A stretch of DNA of 36,626 nt, from positions 1 through 36,626 of the IMG/VR virus record IMGVR_UViG_3300025451_000032. One strand, written 5' to 3'. The position numbers were made by a program, and so were the translations under genes. This DNA is from a virus (lineage: Duplodnaviria; Caudoviricetes). The notes below the pieces were generated by a model. It saw only the letters and a list, made by a program, of their open reading frames with translations. It was not told where the DNA came from and did not search any database. This document shows, in pieces, positions 8,133-18,101 of this stretch (its first letter is position 1; each line of letters opens with the position of its first letter).

Positions 8133-8601
8133 GAGTTACCAGAAGTGCATCATTAGGTCTGCTAGGTTTTCCGACGTGGCTCCTATCGCTGAGTCCATGA
8201 GACCTATGGATGCCCTTGAGTGTCACTGTGGTGGTCATTCACCCGAGGAAGCACTTAGGATTGGCCTTACACTTGACCTGTGTACCTTCACGATCTGCGA
8301 TAGGTTCGATGGGACACCCTTGGCTATGTTTGGCTGTGGTGTTTACGACAACGGTGCGTACATCTGGGCGCTTGCAAGTGACCTCTTGGTTCCTAGAGCT
8401 GGACGAGATTTTGTTCGACACAGCCCTGAGTGGATCCAAGCGATGCTCAAGGAAGTAGGAGGCACTGCACGAAACTTTGTTCACCTCGATAACACCGATG
8501 CTGCCCGATGGCTCCTTTATTGTGGAGCTGAGTTCAGCCCTGAGATAACCCTTAAAAATAATCAACCTTTCATCCAATTTACTATTACTAATCATGTGTG
8601 A
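8101..8601 (+). CDS. Internal virion protein A-like (T7 gp13-like, GNAT-like fold)
   Basis: MRPMDALEC, PLAMFG, IWALAS, NFVHLDN..ARWLLYCGAEF; gp13 position. Start placed at ATG 8101 rather than the track's 7993. Confidence 0.75.
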   Translation: MPTQELPDTLRSYQKCIIRSARFSDVAPIAESMRPMDALECHCGGHSPEEALRIGLTLDLCTFTICDRFDGTPLAMFGCGVYDNGAYIWALASDLLVPRAGRDFVRHSPEWIQAMLKEVGGTARNFVHLDNTDAARWLLYCGAEFSPEITLKNNQPFIQFTITNHV

Positions 8602-9136
8602 CCCACTTTCCATTTCTGTTGCAGTAGGAGCTATTAGTGCTATTTCAAGCACAATGGGACAAAAGCAAGCTGGAGATGCTCAAGAGAAACAACAGAATCT
8701 AGCGTCCCAACAAGAGCGTCAGCGGTATCTTGAAGAGGTTACTTCACTACGTTCACAGCAGGCACAAGAACAGGTTGCTAAATCTCAACGTCTTCAAGAA
8801 GCGGAGATCAAAGGAAAAGAAGCTAAGTCGTCTGCTGTGGTTGCTGCTGGTGAAGGTGGTGTTTCAGGTCTCAGTGTTGAAGCACTTGTGGCTAACATCT
8901 CTCGCAAACAGGCAACCTATGCGTTCTCTGAACAGAAACAAGCTGAGATGGTTGGTACTGCACGGACAATGGAAATTCAATCAGCAGGTTCTGGTTATCA
9001 ACGGAATCTTCTCCGAATCAACCAACCTATTGCACAACCGGATTATGTTGGAAACATTATTGGAGGAATCCAAATAGGTACAAGTCTTTACTCTGCTGGT
9101 CAAAAGGCAGGACTCACAACACCAAAAGCTAAGTAA
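8594..9136 (+). CDS. Internal virion protein B (T7 gp14-like)
   Basis: MCDP start, Gln/Ala-rich, AAGEGGVSGLSVEAL motif; expected synteny. Confidence 0.85.
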   Translation: MCDPLSISVAVGAISAISSTMGQKQAGDAQEKQQNLASQQERQRYLEEVTSLRSQQAQEQVAKSQRLQEAEIKGKEAKSSAVVAAGEGGVSGLSVEALVANISRKQATYAFSEQKQAEMVGTARTMEIQSAGSGYQRNLLRINQPIAQPDYVGNIIGGIQIGTSLYSAGQKAGLTTPKAK

Positions 9137-9141
9137 TTTTT

Positions 9142-11952
9142 ATGGCAACTCAACAAGAAGCACTTCTTAAAGCACTCAAAGGCAGTGGTGGGCGTGAACA
9201 GGTTAACTTTGATCTGGGTCAGATGTCCCTTCGTCCCACAATCCAACGTGGTGGTCAATACAACGTACAGGTACAGGAAGCACCTAAAACCAATGCGGCA
9301 CTTGAGATTGCTCGGGCGCTCAAAGGAGGCTCTCAGGTTCTTGATCAATTCGTAGACATCCAAGCGAAACAAGGGGAGATCCAAGCAAATGCTTTAAGTC
9401 CACTTGAAGTTAAGAACCTAGTTGAAAGTGGTGATCCTAATGCCAAGAGTTTCCTTGATAAGCTTGGTAAGGAGAAGACGTTTGTTGAGACAGCTTACAA
9501 GAGGTACTACAACTCAACTGTTCAACCACAGCTCTTAGACTTACAAGAAAAACTTAAGAGCAAACCCATTCACGAATATGCTGATATGGGAATTACTACC
9601 ACAGAGGACTTTAAGACGTACACAGAAGGGCGCGTAAAGGAGCTTACGGATAAGTTTAGTGAGTACACCTCAAAGAGTCCCTATGCAACTACCTTTCACA
9701 ACCAGTTGCTTGAAGAAGTTGTTCCTAAGATAGTTCAGCAGCAGACTTCATTCTTCGATGAGAATGTAGGTAAGTTCAATAAGGACGAAGCATTGAATAA
9801 CGTAATTCCCGTTGATGATGCTCATGGAACTCCTTTGAGTCCTGCTGCTTCAAACTCCAGCGGAACAATGACTAAGGTATCCAGCGATGCCGCTCGCGTG
9901 AGTATTTTTGGATATGATAGCGATCCCTATAAAAATGCCAACGATATGTTAGGAATCGGAGCAAACGTATCTCCAGAAGAAGAAGCTTTGATTAAAGCAG
10001 GAAAACCTACGTCTGCTAAGATGATCGCTGAACAAGACTTTGGAGTATCTTCAGATATTGCTGATCTATTAAAATCCCAAGGCATCAAAATGCGTGATAG
10101 CGTTACTCTTCACACTGCTGATGGTAAAACTCACACAGGTCGTTGGATGGATGTAACTGCTACTGAAGTTGCTGGTAAACCATTGACTGGCCGCTTTGAC
10201 CTCTATAGCCCATCTGGAAAGAACCCACTTAATGATGCGAAGATTGTTGGATTTGCTGCAAGCTCGGAAACGATCCAAAAGAACTTTGTGGATGGAGTGA
10301 ATAACATCACCCAGTTAAACGCTGAAAATCTTTCTAAGGCTGGATACAGTCCATCTGAGGTTTCTAAAATCTCCCGTTCAAAGCTTATTGACCAAGTAAA
10401 AACCCTTTCAACAAGTGGTAAATTCATGGAAGCCAATAAGCTTCTTGGATCGTTTGATGGTGTTCAACTGGCTAATCAACCAATCTTTGGATCTATCCAA
10501 GGAAAACTTGAGTTGGCTAGTATTCAGGATCTTGTAGACCGTGAGGAAGAACAATTTGCAGCAAAGAACGAAAGGACTTCCAAGGAAAAGATTGATAACA
10601 TCATTGCCCCACAGTTGCTTGGTTTTAGACAAGATTTAACTGCTGGAGTTAATCATGACGATGCTTACACAAAGCGTGTAGATAATATCATGAAAGATAA
10701 AAGTCTTACTCCTGTTGATCAAGAGAAAGCTTTGAATCAACTTGATACATTGGCATCAAATATGTCTGCGTTGGAATTCACAAGAGCAAGTAACGGTGAT
10801 AAGGAGATTACAAAACTTCAACAGGATGGCGGTAGTGCTTTAGCAGTTAAAGACATTGCTTCGATTGCTAGCGATCAGGGATCAAAAAGCTTTATTGCCG
10901 CTAATCCGGATCTACAAGAGTTAGCCTATAAGACATCAGCAGAGGGAACTAAGATGGTTAATCCCGCATTTACCGCGATTGCTGATAACGTAGTTGGTAG
11001 ATTACTTCCTAAATACAGTCGTTTGAACCAAGACCAAACAAACATGATTCAGAATGAACAATCGTTTGACTATGAGGTTGCTGGGAAAACCATTCGTTTT
11101 GAAGGAACTCCTGACAAGAATGCCCAAAAGGATCTTCATATGCGCCTTGCTAACGCCTTTCGACAAGACTTTGGAGATGCAGTTAAGAACGAATTGAAGA
11201 AGGATATGCAGACGAGTCCTGTGTTTAATCGGGTTCAAGAAGCTCAAGTTACCTCTCAAACGCAGATGATGCGTGACAGAGCAAAAGCATTTGAAGACGC
11301 TGGCGCAACCCCAGAAGAAGCCAAGAAAGCAAGTCTTCAACAAAGTATTGCGGAAGCAAAGAGCGACACTCTATTTGATACAGGCGGTAAACCTCGTGTT
11401 TCAAATAATTTGTTTGAGAGTGATTCTAAGTACATTGAAAGATACCAGAATGATCGTATTGCGGCGCGTTTGACAAGCCCTGTGGATCATACACCAGTCT
11501 ACAAGTCTGTGAAGAACAAGTGGAACACTGAGGCTCCTAAGATTGCTGTAAAAGCTGCAACTGCATTGCCTACTGATAAGCTCAAAGCTCGTCAAGAACT
11601 CACAAACGGATTTAAGACCATTGGAATTCCTTGGGATGCTGTTCAAAAAGGATTCATTGAATCAGAAGTTCCTGAAAGTATTTCTGGTTTTGGTATTTTT
11701 GATTTATCAGGTCAAATGACTCAAGTAACAAATCGAAAGGTTTTATATCCTATTGATTACGTTTTCAATCAACCAAACAGCGAATCAACATATCAGATTC
11801 TTCCTACGTTTATCATGCGTAACCTTGATCAACCAGAAGCTCGCGCTGCTGCTGAAAAGATCGCCAACGATCGCTATGCTGGTAACTATAACCGCTTGAT
11901 CAAAGGTCAACAAGAGTGGTACTCTGCTCACAACATTGAAATCTCCAAGTAA
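9142..11952 (+). CDS. Internal virion / ejection protein (gp15 position) with an inserted 3D/DPBB-like murein hydrolase domain
   Basis: 936 aa, mostly helical, lying between gp14 and the gp16-like gene; internal segment ...WMDVTA...LTGRFDLYSP. Confidence 0.7.
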   Translation: MATQQEALLKALKGSGGREQVNFDLGQMSLRPTIQRGGQYNVQVQEAPKTNAALEIARALKGGSQVLDQFVDIQAKQGEIQANALSPLEVKNLVESGDPNAKSFLDKLGKEKTFVETAYKRYYNSTVQPQLLDLQEKLKSKPIHEYADMGITTTEDFKTYTEGRVKELTDKFSEYTSKSPYATTFHNQLLEEVVPKIVQQQTSFFDENVGKFNKDEALNNVIPVDDAHGTPLSPAASNSSGTMTKVSSDAARVSIFGYDSDPYKNANDMLGIGANVSPEEEALIKAGKPTSAKMIAEQDFGVSSDIADLLKSQGIKMRDSVTLHTADGKTHTGRWMDVTATEVAGKPLTGRFDLYSPSGKNPLNDAKIVGFAASSETIQKNFVDGVNNITQLNAENLSKAGYSPSEVSKISRSKLIDQVKTLSTSGKFMEANKLLGSFDGVQLANQPIFGSIQGKLELASIQDLVDREEEQFAAKNERTSKEKIDNIIAPQLLGFRQDLTAGVNHDDAYTKRVDNIMKDKSLTPVDQEKALNQLDTLASNMSALEFTRASNGDKEITKLQQDGGSALAVKDIASIASDQGSKSFIAANPDLQELAYKTSAEGTKMVNPAFTAIADNVVGRLLPKYSRLNQDQTNMIQNEQSFDYEVAGKTIRFEGTPDKNAQKDLHMRLANAFRQDFGDAVKNELKKDMQTSPVFNRVQEAQVTSQTQMMRDRAKAFEDAGATPEEAKKASLQQSIAEAKSDTLFDTGGKPRVSNNLFESDSKYIERYQNDRIAARLTSPVDHTPVYKSVKNKWNTEAPKIAVKAATALPTDKLKARQELTNGFKTIGIPWDAVQKGFIESEVPESISGFGIFDLSGQMTQVTNRKVLYPIDYVFNQPNSESTYQILPTFIMRNLDQPEARAAAEKIANDRYAGNYNRLIKGQQEWYSAHNIEISK

Positions 11953-11957
11953 AAATC

Positions 11958-14900
11958 ATGTCTCTTATTTCATCCATTCTAGAAGATAACGCGGCACAAG
12001 CTGCATCTGCTGTAACCGAATCGGCTGCTCGTGGTTTCACTGATGCTCCCTTTGCTAACGATTCACAACAGGAAGAAGGAAGCTTCTTTGATGCCAAGGA
12101 TGTCGCTATGGCTCCACTTAGGGGTATCGAAGGATTTGCTAAAAGCATCTACGACCTTGGTGACTTTGTTACTGGTGATGCTCTTCCTAACTGGGACACA
12201 AGGTTCCTTGGGAAGTCTACATCAACTGTTGGTGGATTTGTTGAAGGTGCTACCCAGTTCCTCACGGGATTCATTCCAGTTGGAGGAGCATTAGGTAAGG
12301 TTGGTCAGGGACTTGGACTCCTTCAGAAGGGTGCTAAGGGGCTTGAGGCTGCTGGTATGTTAGCTGAAGCGGGTGTTGGGGTTAAGAAGGCGGCTAGTAT
12401 CGGCAAGCAGTTCCTTCAAGGAGCAGTGACTGACTTCATTGCTTTTGATGGGCAAGACGAACGCCTATCGAATCTTATCGAAGCTTATCCTGCATTGAAG
12501 AATCCTGTAACGGATTACCTTAAAGCCAACAAGGATGACAATGAAGTCGAAGGACGCTTTAAGAACGTCATCGAGGGACTCTTTATGGAAGGAGGTCAAC
12601 AAGCATTGGCTCCGTTGTTCACTAAGGGCATCAAGGCAATGAAGGAATTCAAAGGTGGAGTAGATGCTGGAATGCTCCCAGAGGAAGCTGCACGGGTTGC
12701 TAACAATGCGATGCAGTCTGCTGATGGAGGAAGCTTTAGAGATCTTAATCAACCCGTAATCTTTGCTCCCGCTACTGAGACTCCCGTGGGTGCTGGAATG
12801 ATCATTGAACCACGGGCACCCAAGGTATCCGTAGGTGAGCCTCTTGCTGATATTCCTAAGATTGATCCAGTCACATTGGAGCCAGATAAACTAAAGGGTG
12901 GGCCACAAGCAGTTGGAACTCTTTCATCAGATATTCTTCGGAATGCTAACAGTCCTAAAGAGATTGCTGATGGACTCGCAAAGATGTCTGAGTTGCTAGA
13001 TTACAAGCGTCTTCCTTATGAGTCTCCAGAAGAAATACTAGCTAAAGGACGTTCTGACTATGCTGCAAATGGGCTTGATCCAGATGATTTTAATAAGTTG
13101 ATGGATACTGCTAATCCAGAACAATTTGATGCAAGTCGTGTTCAACAATTTCTGCTTAAGAAAGAAACACAACGTGCCGCTGAAGCGTGGCTAGCATTGG
13201 CAAAGGATGCTATAGGTAAAACTGGTGATGCCGCTTTAGAGGCTGAAGCTAAGATGCACGATGCTGGTATTCACTACCAAGATTGCCTTGCTGTTTATTC
13301 TGTTAAAGGGACACAAGCCTCTAATTTACTCTCTGATCGAAGACTTAGTAACGGAAAAGTATCAGCAGATGTTCTGGATGAAGGTAAAGGTCGTACAAAG
13401 GTTATTGATACGCAGAATCCAGATATTGAAGCAATCGTTAAAGATGTTGAGGGAATCAATCCAGATGCCCCAGATGTTTCCACTCCAAAAGAAGGAACTA
13501 CTCCACGAGAAGTTGATGCTGAGAAAATCGCAACGTCCTATGAAGACAAGATTGCAAAACTTGAAGGAGACCTTGCTGTTGAGCGTAAACTTGCCTTTAC
13601 GGATGTAAATAGTGCTGATTACAAAGTCACTGTAGATGATGCTGGAAACCGGATTCCATCTAAGAAAGTTCGTGAAAAGACCTTAAAAGAACGGCATCTT
13701 GAAGAGACCATTGCATCTTATAAGAAGATGAAGGATGAGCATATTGCTCTTACAAAGGCTCTTAAAGAGTTTGAAGATGTACGCAAGATGGGGCCAGAGC
13801 GTCTCAAAGAGATTGAACTAGAACAAAAGGCTAAGAATGATCTTACTATCAAGCTTCCTCCAAGTCGCGCTGCAGAAGTCAAAGCTCGCACAGCGGAACT
13901 TAAGAAACAACTTCTGAGCGATCCGGCGGTAAAACTCAAAGAGCTTGAAGCAAAACGTGTTGCTGCTGTTGAAAACCAAAAGCTAGAGAAAGGTGCGCAA
14001 CTTGATGAACTTCGTAGGGCTAATACTACGGGTGTTGGGTTTGAGTCTGGGTTCGATAATGCAGGTAATCCTATTGTTCCTAAACCAGCAAAAGTAGTTG
14101 CTCCTGAGATCGCTAAACTTGATGAACTTATTGCCTATCATAAGAAGGTCATCAAGGAAAACGCTGAGATCGAAACGGCAATGAAGGAACTTGAAAGAGT
14201 TTCTCAGCTTACCCCAGATGAAGCTCGTCGTCAGGCGTTGGAACTCAAAGCTCGTAAGGATCTTCTTCCTCAAAAGCCCGTGCGTAACATTGATGAGATC
14301 AAGAATCAGATCAATCAATACAAGAAGAACCTTATTGATGAAGGTAGCAAGCGGATGACCGCTGATAAGATTCTTCGTCGTGAGGATATGGCAAAGAACG
14401 GAGCTAAGATGATCGGCTCTAGATCAATGAATGAGTACAAAGCTCACCTAGCATTGATTAGTAACGTCGATGACCTTGAGAAACGCATGAGTATGGCTAG
14501 GGCTGCTCAGAATGCTACCTTGGGAGGAAAAATGCTTAATGCTACCCACGAGTGGTTCATCAATAGCCTATTTAGTCCAACTACACAGGTTGTTAATAAC
14601 CTCGGTAACTTGATGACCAATTTGTTAAAAAATACTGAGATGACTATTGGTCACGCTCTTGTTGGTGATTTTGATTACGTTAAGGCTCAAATGAGTGCCT
14701 TCACAACTGTTCAAGGATTTGGAGAAGTTATGGATGCAGCTGTTCTTTCCATGAAAACTGGAGAAAGCGTATTGAATCCAAAAGCTGCTGGAAGTTTCAG
14801 TGAAGGACGAGTTGCTGGCGGAGCTATTTCATCTCAGGCATTTGATCTTGATCCAGAGGGAACCTTTGGAAAGGTAATCAATTGGCTAGGCACAGCTACG

Positions 14901-16529
14901 AGAATGCACTCGACCTTAATGACTGGTGGGGATGAGATTGCAAAACAGATTGCCTATCGCCAGTTCATTCGTAAAGAGCTGTATGTTGAAGGACTTCAAA
15001 AGGGAATCAAAGACGGTACTCAATTAACTGCTTATGTTGAGCGTAAGCTTGGAGACTTGGTTACAAAGGGTGGACAGATGTACAACGAGAAAAGTCTGTT
15101 TCAAGAGTATAATGCAAAAGCTAAAGCGGCAGGATTAACTGCTGATATGGGTGTTGAGTATGATCGATTCATTGCGAAGGAGTATGAAAAGAATCCATTC
15201 AGTAAACAGAAAAGTGCGCTGGCGGATGCTGCTCTTGATTATGCTCAAAAGACTACCTTCTCAAACTCTACTGGAGATGCCTTTACAACAGGTGTGATGA
15301 ACGTCCTAGAAAAGCATCCAGTTCTAAAGTTCGTTCTTCCATTTGTTAAAACCCCAACAAACATCCTTAAGTTCGGCCTTAGTCGTTCGCCTCTAGGACT
15401 TGCAAAGGATTCTATCCTACTAGCAACAAGTTCAAAGTTCCGTGAAGCATTTACTACAGGTACTCCTGCATTTAAGGCTGAACTTGTTGGGCGTATGAGT
15501 GTTGCATCTGTATTCACTACGAGTGCCATGATGTATATGATGAACAATGAAGGAGCAGTTACCGGAGGTGGGCCTCAAAACAAGGAAGAAAAGGACTCAC
15601 TTAAGGCAACTGGATGGCAACCTTACTCTCTTAAGATTGGCGATAAGTATTATAGTTATAACCGCATTGACCCTATTGCTACGCCACTTGGAATCATGGC
15701 AGATATTATGGAATTCAATAAGGTGAATGCTCCAAAAAGTGAGGATGCTGTTACTAATGCTATGTCAGGTCTACTTGTAACTCTTACTTATAACCTTACG
15801 GATAAAAGTTACCTCCGTGGTTTGAATAACTTGATGAACTGCGCTCGTGATCCAGAGACCTACGGGCCTAAATTGCTTCAAGATATTGCTGGTGGATTCG
15901 TTCCAAACACACTGAATCAGCTTCAGAATACGGAGAACATGGTGATCCAACGGGAAAGCCGTAGCATGGTTGATTCGGTTCTTAAGAGACTCCCAGTTGC
16001 CAGTGAAATCCTTCCTCCACAAAGAACCTTCCTTGGTGATACGGTGTACAAAGAAAACCCATTGGGTCTGCTAAGTGCGCTTAGTCCTGTGTACGTTTCA
16101 ACAGCAAAGAACGATATTGTTGATCAAGAGGTAGGATCATTGATTCACGGCTTTGCTCTTCCTCCTGCGAAAATCCACGGGTTAGATGACTTGGATATGA
16201 GAAGTTTCACTAATGGGAACGGCAAGCAGGCTTACGATAGGTTCCTTGAACTCTCTGGAACAACGACTATTGATGGTCAAAATGTTCGACAAGCGTTGTC
16301 TTCAATGATGAAATCTTCTGAGTATAAGGCTCTTCCAAAGAATAACATTGAAGATCAAATTGGGAAGTCATCACCTAGAATCACTTTGATCAACAAGGTT
16401 GTTAAGCGTTATCGCAACAAAGCTCAATTTGAAATGCTTGGAGAATTTCCTGAGCTTTACAAAAAGATAGGTGAAATAACGCAAAAGCAAAATGATTATC
16501 GCTTAGGTAAATTTGAGAAACAACAATAA
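11958..16529 (+). CDS. Large internal virion / ejection protein (gp16 position)
   Basis: 1523 aa; C-terminal LPFVKTPTNI, TGGGP..GWQPYS..YYSYNRIDP motifs seen in gp16-like proteins; precedes the tail fibre. Confidence 0.8.
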   Translation: MSLISSILEDNAAQAASAVTESAARGFTDAPFANDSQQEEGSFFDAKDVAMAPLRGIEGFAKSIYDLGDFVTGDALPNWDTRFLGKSTSTVGGFVEGATQFLTGFIPVGGALGKVGQGLGLLQKGAKGLEAAGMLAEAGVGVKKAASIGKQFLQGAVTDFIAFDGQDERLSNLIEAYPALKNPVTDYLKANKDDNEVEGRFKNVIEGLFMEGGQQALAPLFTKGIKAMKEFKGGVDAGMLPEEAARVANNAMQSADGGSFRDLNQPVIFAPATETPVGAGMIIEPRAPKVSVGEPLADIPKIDPVTLEPDKLKGGPQAVGTLSSDILRNANSPKEIADGLAKMSELLDYKRLPYESPEEILAKGRSDYAANGLDPDDFNKLMDTANPEQFDASRVQQFLLKKETQRAAEAWLALAKDAIGKTGDAALEAEAKMHDAGIHYQDCLAVYSVKGTQASNLLSDRRLSNGKVSADVLDEGKGRTKVIDTQNPDIEAIVKDVEGINPDAPDVSTPKEGTTPREVDAEKIATSYEDKIAKLEGDLAVERKLAFTDVNSADYKVTVDDAGNRIPSKKVREKTLKERHLEETIASYKKMKDEHIALTKALKEFEDVRKMGPERLKEIELEQKAKNDLTIKLPPSRAAEVKARTAELKKQLLSDPAVKLKELEAKRVAAVENQKLEKGAQLDELRRANTTGVGFESGFDNAGNPIVPKPAKVVAPEIAKLDELIAYHKKVIKENAEIETAMKELERVSQLTPDEARRQALELKARKDLLPQKPVRNIDEIKNQINQYKKNLIDEGSKRMTADKILRREDMAKNGAKMIGSRSMNEYKAHLALISNVDDLEKRMSMARAAQNATLGGKMLNATHEWFINSLFSPTTQVVNNLGNLMTNLLKNTEMTIGHALVGDFDYVKAQMSAFTTVQGFGEVMDAAVLSMKTGESVLNPKAAGSFSEGRVAGGAISSQAFDLDPEGTFGKVINWLGTATRMHSTLMTGGDEIAKQIAYRQFIRKELYVEGLQKGIKDGTQLTAYVERKLGDLVTKGGQMYNEKSLFQEYNAKAKAAGLTADMGVEYDRFIAKEYEKNPFSKQKSALADAALDYAQKTTFSNSTGDAFTTGVMNVLEKHPVLKFVLPFVKTPTNILKFGLSRSPLGLAKDSILLATSSKFREAFTTGTPAFKAELVGRMSVASVFTTSAMMYMMNNEGAVTGGGPQNKEEKDSLKATGWQPYSLKIGDKYYSYNRIDPIATPLGIMADIMEFNKVNAPKSEDAVTNAMSGLLVTLTYNLTDKSYLRGLNNLMNCARDPETYGPKLLQDIAGGFVPNTLNQLQNTENMVIQRESRSMVDSVLKRLPVASEILPPQRTFLGDTVYKENPLGLLSALSPVYVSTAKNDIVDQEVGSLIHGFALPPAKIHGLDDLDMRSFTNGNGKQAYDRFLELSGTTTIDGQNVRQALSSMMKSSEYKALPKNNIEDQIGKSSPRITLINKVVKRYRNKAQFEMLGEFPELYKKIGEITQKQNDYRLGKFEKQQ

Positions 16530-16550
16530 GAATTAAAAACGACTATTAAC

Positions 16551-17687
16551 ATGGCTACTACTTACGAACTTTCATATTTTCAAACTGACACTGGGCTTTC
16601 TGGAACCACCTTTGTTTACGGCTTTGATGCTCTTACGTCTGCGGATGTAAAGGTCATCGGTTACAGTGGTACTGGTGGAACAACCAAGACGGATATTACA
16701 AGCACCATTGCTACCGTTAATACATCTACAAAGACCCTGACGTTCACCGCCGCTCCTTCAGCGTATTCAAAGATTCGCATCTATCGATCAACAACTGTGT
16801 TGCCATTGATTGAGTTCACAAGTGGTGCTGTGTTGTCCGAGGATGCTCTTAATACAGCCTATAGGCACTCGTTGTTTGCAGCCCAAGAGGTTTCTCAAGA
16901 TGCCTCAGATTCCGCAAATCGTTCTATTATTTTTACTGCGGACATCAACAACGGAGCAATCACCACCGATAAACTAGCTATCGATGCTGTTGATGCTACG
17001 AAACTTGCGGACGACTGTGTGCTTAACGAGCATATTACAACTGGAGCCGTAGGAGCCGCAGAGCTAGCAGATAGTTCTGTTATTGCCACAAAGCTAGGAA
17101 CTAACGCTGTGGTTACCGCAAAGATCCTTGATGCCAACGTGACTGCTGCAAAGCTTGCGACTACCTTGGATCTTTCAGGTAAAACACTTACGCTTCCTGC
17201 GATTAACGAGCCATTCTCCAAGCAATTTCTTTACGTTGTGGAAGAGGCTGCTTCTGGAACCGCTGGAGGTGCTGCTGTGGCTGTAACTCAAAACATTAGG
17301 GCGCTAAATACGCTTATTGAAAATGGAATTACTGGGGCATCTTTAAATGCTGGAACATACCAAGTAACGCTTCCTGCTGGAAAATATATTTTTGATTATT
17401 CTTGTCAAGCATACAAAACAAACGGTCACGCTGCGTTAATATATCAAGTATCTCCTGCAACTGCTGGTATTATTGGAAATGGAAATAATGCTTTTTCTCA
17501 CTCATCAGATGGAACTGTGACTTTAAGTTCAGGAACAAACGTCGTTACACTGACAGCAAGTAGCACTGTGATTGAACTCCGTCATTACACTGTATTAGCT
17601 CGCGCAACTGATGGTTTAGGATTACAGGTAGCCCTTGCAGGTCGTAACGAACGCTACGCAGCTCTTAAAATCTGGAAGATCGCCTAA
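16551..17687 (+). CDS. Tail fibre (T7 gp17-type N-terminal adaptor)
   Basis: IRIYRST..EFTSGAVLSEDALN..AQE adaptor motif, 10-aa [AV]-x-x-x-K-[LI] shaft repeats, beta-rich tip. Confidence 0.88.
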   Translation: MATTYELSYFQTDTGLSGTTFVYGFDALTSADVKVIGYSGTGGTTKTDITSTIATVNTSTKTLTFTAAPSAYSKIRIYRSTTVLPLIEFTSGAVLSEDALNTAYRHSLFAAQEVSQDASDSANRSIIFTADINNGAITTDKLAIDAVDATKLADDCVLNEHITTGAVGAAELADSSVIATKLGTNAVVTAKILDANVTAAKLATTLDLSGKTLTLPAINEPFSKQFLYVVEEAASGTAGGAAVAVTQNIRALNTLIENGITGASLNAGTYQVTLPAGKYIFDYSCQAYKTNGHAALIYQVSPATAGIIGNGNNAFSHSSDGTVTLSSGTNVVTLTASSTVIELRHYTVLARATDGLGLQVALAGRNERYAALKIWKIA

Positions 17688-17863
17688 TGAACGATCACAC
17701 CCACCCTCCAGCACTTGTAGGCATCATAGGACTTCTAGCAAACCTCTCTCTTGAACAGGTGAACACAGGTATTGCAATTCTAGTCGGTCTCGCTACGTTG
17801 GCCTACATGATCATTAAGATACTTAAGGAACTAAGAACCAACAAAAATAATGAACCTAAGTGA
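17687..17863 (+). CDS. Holin (T7 gp17.5 position), 58 aa
   Basis: Hand translation MNDHTHPPALVGIIGLLANLSLEQVNTGIAILVGLATLAYMIIKILKELRTNKNNEPK*: two hydrophobic segments and a basic tail, between fibre and terminase. Confidence 0.7.
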   Translation: MNDHTHPPALVGIIGLLANLSLEQVNTGIAILVGLATLAYMIIKILKELRTNKNNEPK

Positions 17864-18098
17864 AGAAGTAAGTTTCGACCGTGCGTTGAAAATGGAGGGT
17901 CTTCAAGACCTATTGATCGACGAGTTCATCCAACAAATCAAAGGTGGTGAGTCATCCCCAGCACTCCTTAACGCTGCCCGTCAGATGCTTAAGGACAACG
18001 GAATCTACGCAACAGTAACCAAGAGCAGCCCCTTGGGTGAACTGGTGAACCTATTGCCATTCCGTGACGAAGGACTTGAGCGAGCTGTCGGAGAGTAA
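17850..18098 (+). CDS. Terminase small subunit (T7 gp18-like)
   Basis: SPALLNAARQMLKDNGI...LLPF motif; immediately upstream of the large subunit. Confidence 0.88.
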   Translation: MNLSEEVSFDRALKMEGLQDLLIDEFIQQIKGGESSPALLNAARQMLKDNGIYATVTKSSPLGELVNLLPFRDEGLERAVGE

Positions 18099-18101
18099 CC
18101 T

